A stretch of 64,000 bases of DNA from Camelus ferus. Lineage: Eukaryota. Shown here in pieces: positions 62,250 through 64,000 of the stretch. The stretch spans positions 15,934,001-15,998,000 of the forward strand of contig NC_045729.1 in the NCBI RefSeq assembly GCF_009834535.1. Reading direction: 5' to 3'. The position numbers were made by a program, and so were the translations under genes. Position 1 is the stretch's first letter. The number at the start of each line of letters is the position of its first letter. The notes beneath the pieces are model-generated. The model ran no database searches, was not told the DNA's origin, and worked only from the letters and a program-made list of their open reading frames with translations.

Positions 62250-62358
62250 GTGGGTAAAGCAGGAATCTGAGATTTCCAAAGAGTCTCAGGAAATGGATGC
62301 TCGTCCCAAGCTGGATCTGGGCTTCAAGGAAGGCCAGACCATCAAGTTGAGTATTGGG
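62250..62358 (+). CDS. NECAP1: NECAP1 exon 5
   Basis: tgaag|G; [36 protein letters not shown]; donor GGG|GTGAGT; 109 nt. Confidence 0.96.
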
Positions 62359-62451
62359 GTGAGTATGGTTCCCCCACCTGTCCTTGTATTTCCGTAAACC
62401 AATGACTTCTCTTTTGCTTTCTCTTGCTCTCCTCCTTTTTTTCTTTTGTAG

Positions 62452-62635
62452 AACATTACAACCAAGAAAGGAGGTGCTTCTAAGCCCAAGACTTCAGGGA
62501 CCGGGGGTCTAAGCTTACTGCCGCCCCCACCGGGAGGCAGAGTCACCATTCCCCCGCCGTCGTCCTCAGTTGCTATCAGCAATCATGTCACTCCACCACC
62601 CATTCCGAAATCTACTCATGGAGGTAGCGATGCAG
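62452..62635 (+). CDS. NECAP1: NECAP1 exon 6 (gene continues beyond the window)
   Basis: tgtag|AAC; [36 protein letters not shown]...THGGSDA; donor G|GTGAGT; 184 nt. No later exon or stop codon seen before 64000. Confidence 0.95.
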
Positions 62636-62687
62636 GTGAGTCTCTCCAGGGCTTTTTAAAAATTTTACCGTTTTTCATTTTGTTTTT

Positions 62688-62865
62688 TGGGGGGTTGGTA
62701 ATTAAGTATTTACTTATTTATCTATTTATTTATTTTTCTAACTGTTTATCTATCTATTTGACTATTTATCTTGACTGTCTGTCTCTCTGTCTATCTGTTT
62801 GTCTATGGAGGTACTGGGGATTGAACCCAGGATCTTGTCTCTACCATTGAGCTAGGTCCTCCCTC
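62688..62865 (-). mobile_element. Vic-1-like SINE with an expanded tetranucleotide-like tail
   Basis: ggggggttggtaattaagtattt...(tatc/tgtc-like)n...ggaggtactggggattgaacccagg. Confidence 0.8.
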
Positions 62866-63729
62866 CTCTCTAGTGCTTTAACTTTGAGAAATCATATCTT
62901 GGGGTTTAATTGGGTAGCACCCATTTGCCGAGGAGAGTATTGTGGGTTTGCTATTAAATGGGCACTTTGTACTGACAGGTGATTTTGGCGGCCTCTAGCG
63001 AGGGCTTAAAGCTTTCCTAGGGAGCCGAGAGTCGTGGTTTCTGGTGGGTTCTCTGGCAGAAATTGGGTAGTTAGTAAGAAGGCTGTTTCCTTTGTTGTGC
63101 CTTGCTGAAATGCTAGGAGGCCTGAGAGTCAGACGGACTAAGATTGTGGTCATGGTGCTGCTACTTTATGTCTGAATGTGTTTGGTAACATCGTTTAAGA
63201 TCTTTGAGTCTTCCATGTCCTTGCCTGCAAGAAGGAGACGTAAAACCACCCCAGGACCGTGAGGGTGGAATGAGGTGACGGCACCGAGCACAGGGCTTGT
63301 GATATAGAAGCCATTCAGCATGTGTTGTTTCTTCATCCTTTCCATTTCTTCCCAGGGGCAGTCGAGAGGAAGTGAGACAGCATCTGATTTACGAGTACAT
63401 TTTCGTTTTTCCTTACTGTCTGGTGGGATAAAAGAATAGATAAAGTTATTTCCACTTAAAGAACGCAAACCTAGAACTTGGGAGGGAATTTTCCTAAGAT
63501 TAGAGAATCAAGCGTTAGAATCTAGGAGTTTTAACTTTTCTCTTTAATTAATTAACTATAATTTAATTTAATGTAACTTAAGGTTTAAATTATATCATTA
63601 GTCATTTATAATTGATGGCTGAGAGCCAGCTTTCTCTTTCTGGAGTTTTTGAGGTGTAAGTGGTTATAGTCTACTTCTTTTGGTAAGTGTTGCCAGAAGG
63701 CACTGAGGATCATATCTAAGGTTTATTTA

Positions 63730-63960
63730 TTTACATTTTTTTAATTAAACCTTTTATTTTGAGGTAATTGTAGATTCACATGCAGTTGTAAAAAAAATAG
63801 TACAAAGAAATCCCACGTACCTTTTACCTCGTTAACCTCAGTGGGACCATTTTGCAAAACGGTAATCGAATAGCCCCGCTAGGAGACTGACATTGATACC
63901 GTTCACTGGTCTCACTTGGATTTCGTCATCTCTGTGTATTCTCATTGGTGTGTATGTGTA
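63730..63960 (-). mobile_element. L1MB-type 3' end, followed by a Tigger-like TIR start at ~63964-64000
   Basis: ttttattttgaggtaattgtagattcacatgcagttgtaaaa...; then cagctgactcttgaacaacgcaggg. Confidence 0.7.
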
Positions 63961-64000
63961 TTTACAGCTGACTCTTGAACAACGCAGGGTTTAGGCGCAC

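Overview
Mammalian (eukaryotic) genomic DNA, most likely a camelid: about 10 copies of a tRNA-Ala-derived SINE resembling the camelid Vic-1 family, plus cetartiodactyl-type L1 3' ends. The window holds the conserved FOXJ2 (+) / C3AR1 (-) / NECAP1 (+) block. FOXJ2 is complete: a non-coding exon 1 in a CpG island and 10 coding exons, 1689 nt, 562 aa. C3AR1 is complete: a non-coding exon 1 and a single coding exon, 483 aa. NECAP1 is partial: exons 1-6, running off the right edge. Upstream of FOXJ2 are two processed pseudogenes (RPL23A, ACYP1) and two orphan promoter-like GC/CpG regions. The rest is ordinary interspersed repeat (L1, L2, MIR, MaLR/ERVL LTRs, Tigger/hAT) with four N gaps. I found no CRISPR array, true tRNA/rRNA gene or new multi-gene system. 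The best leads are: a FOXJ2 intron-9 read-through isoform with an extended basic tail; Asp/Ile in place of several C3aR sulfotyrosines; three exact PU.1-IRF composite sites around C3AR1; an ACYP1 retrocopy that is unexpectedly CpG-rich; and the orphan CpG island with a leftward splice donor. Orthologue comparisons and repeat family names are from memory, not from database searches.
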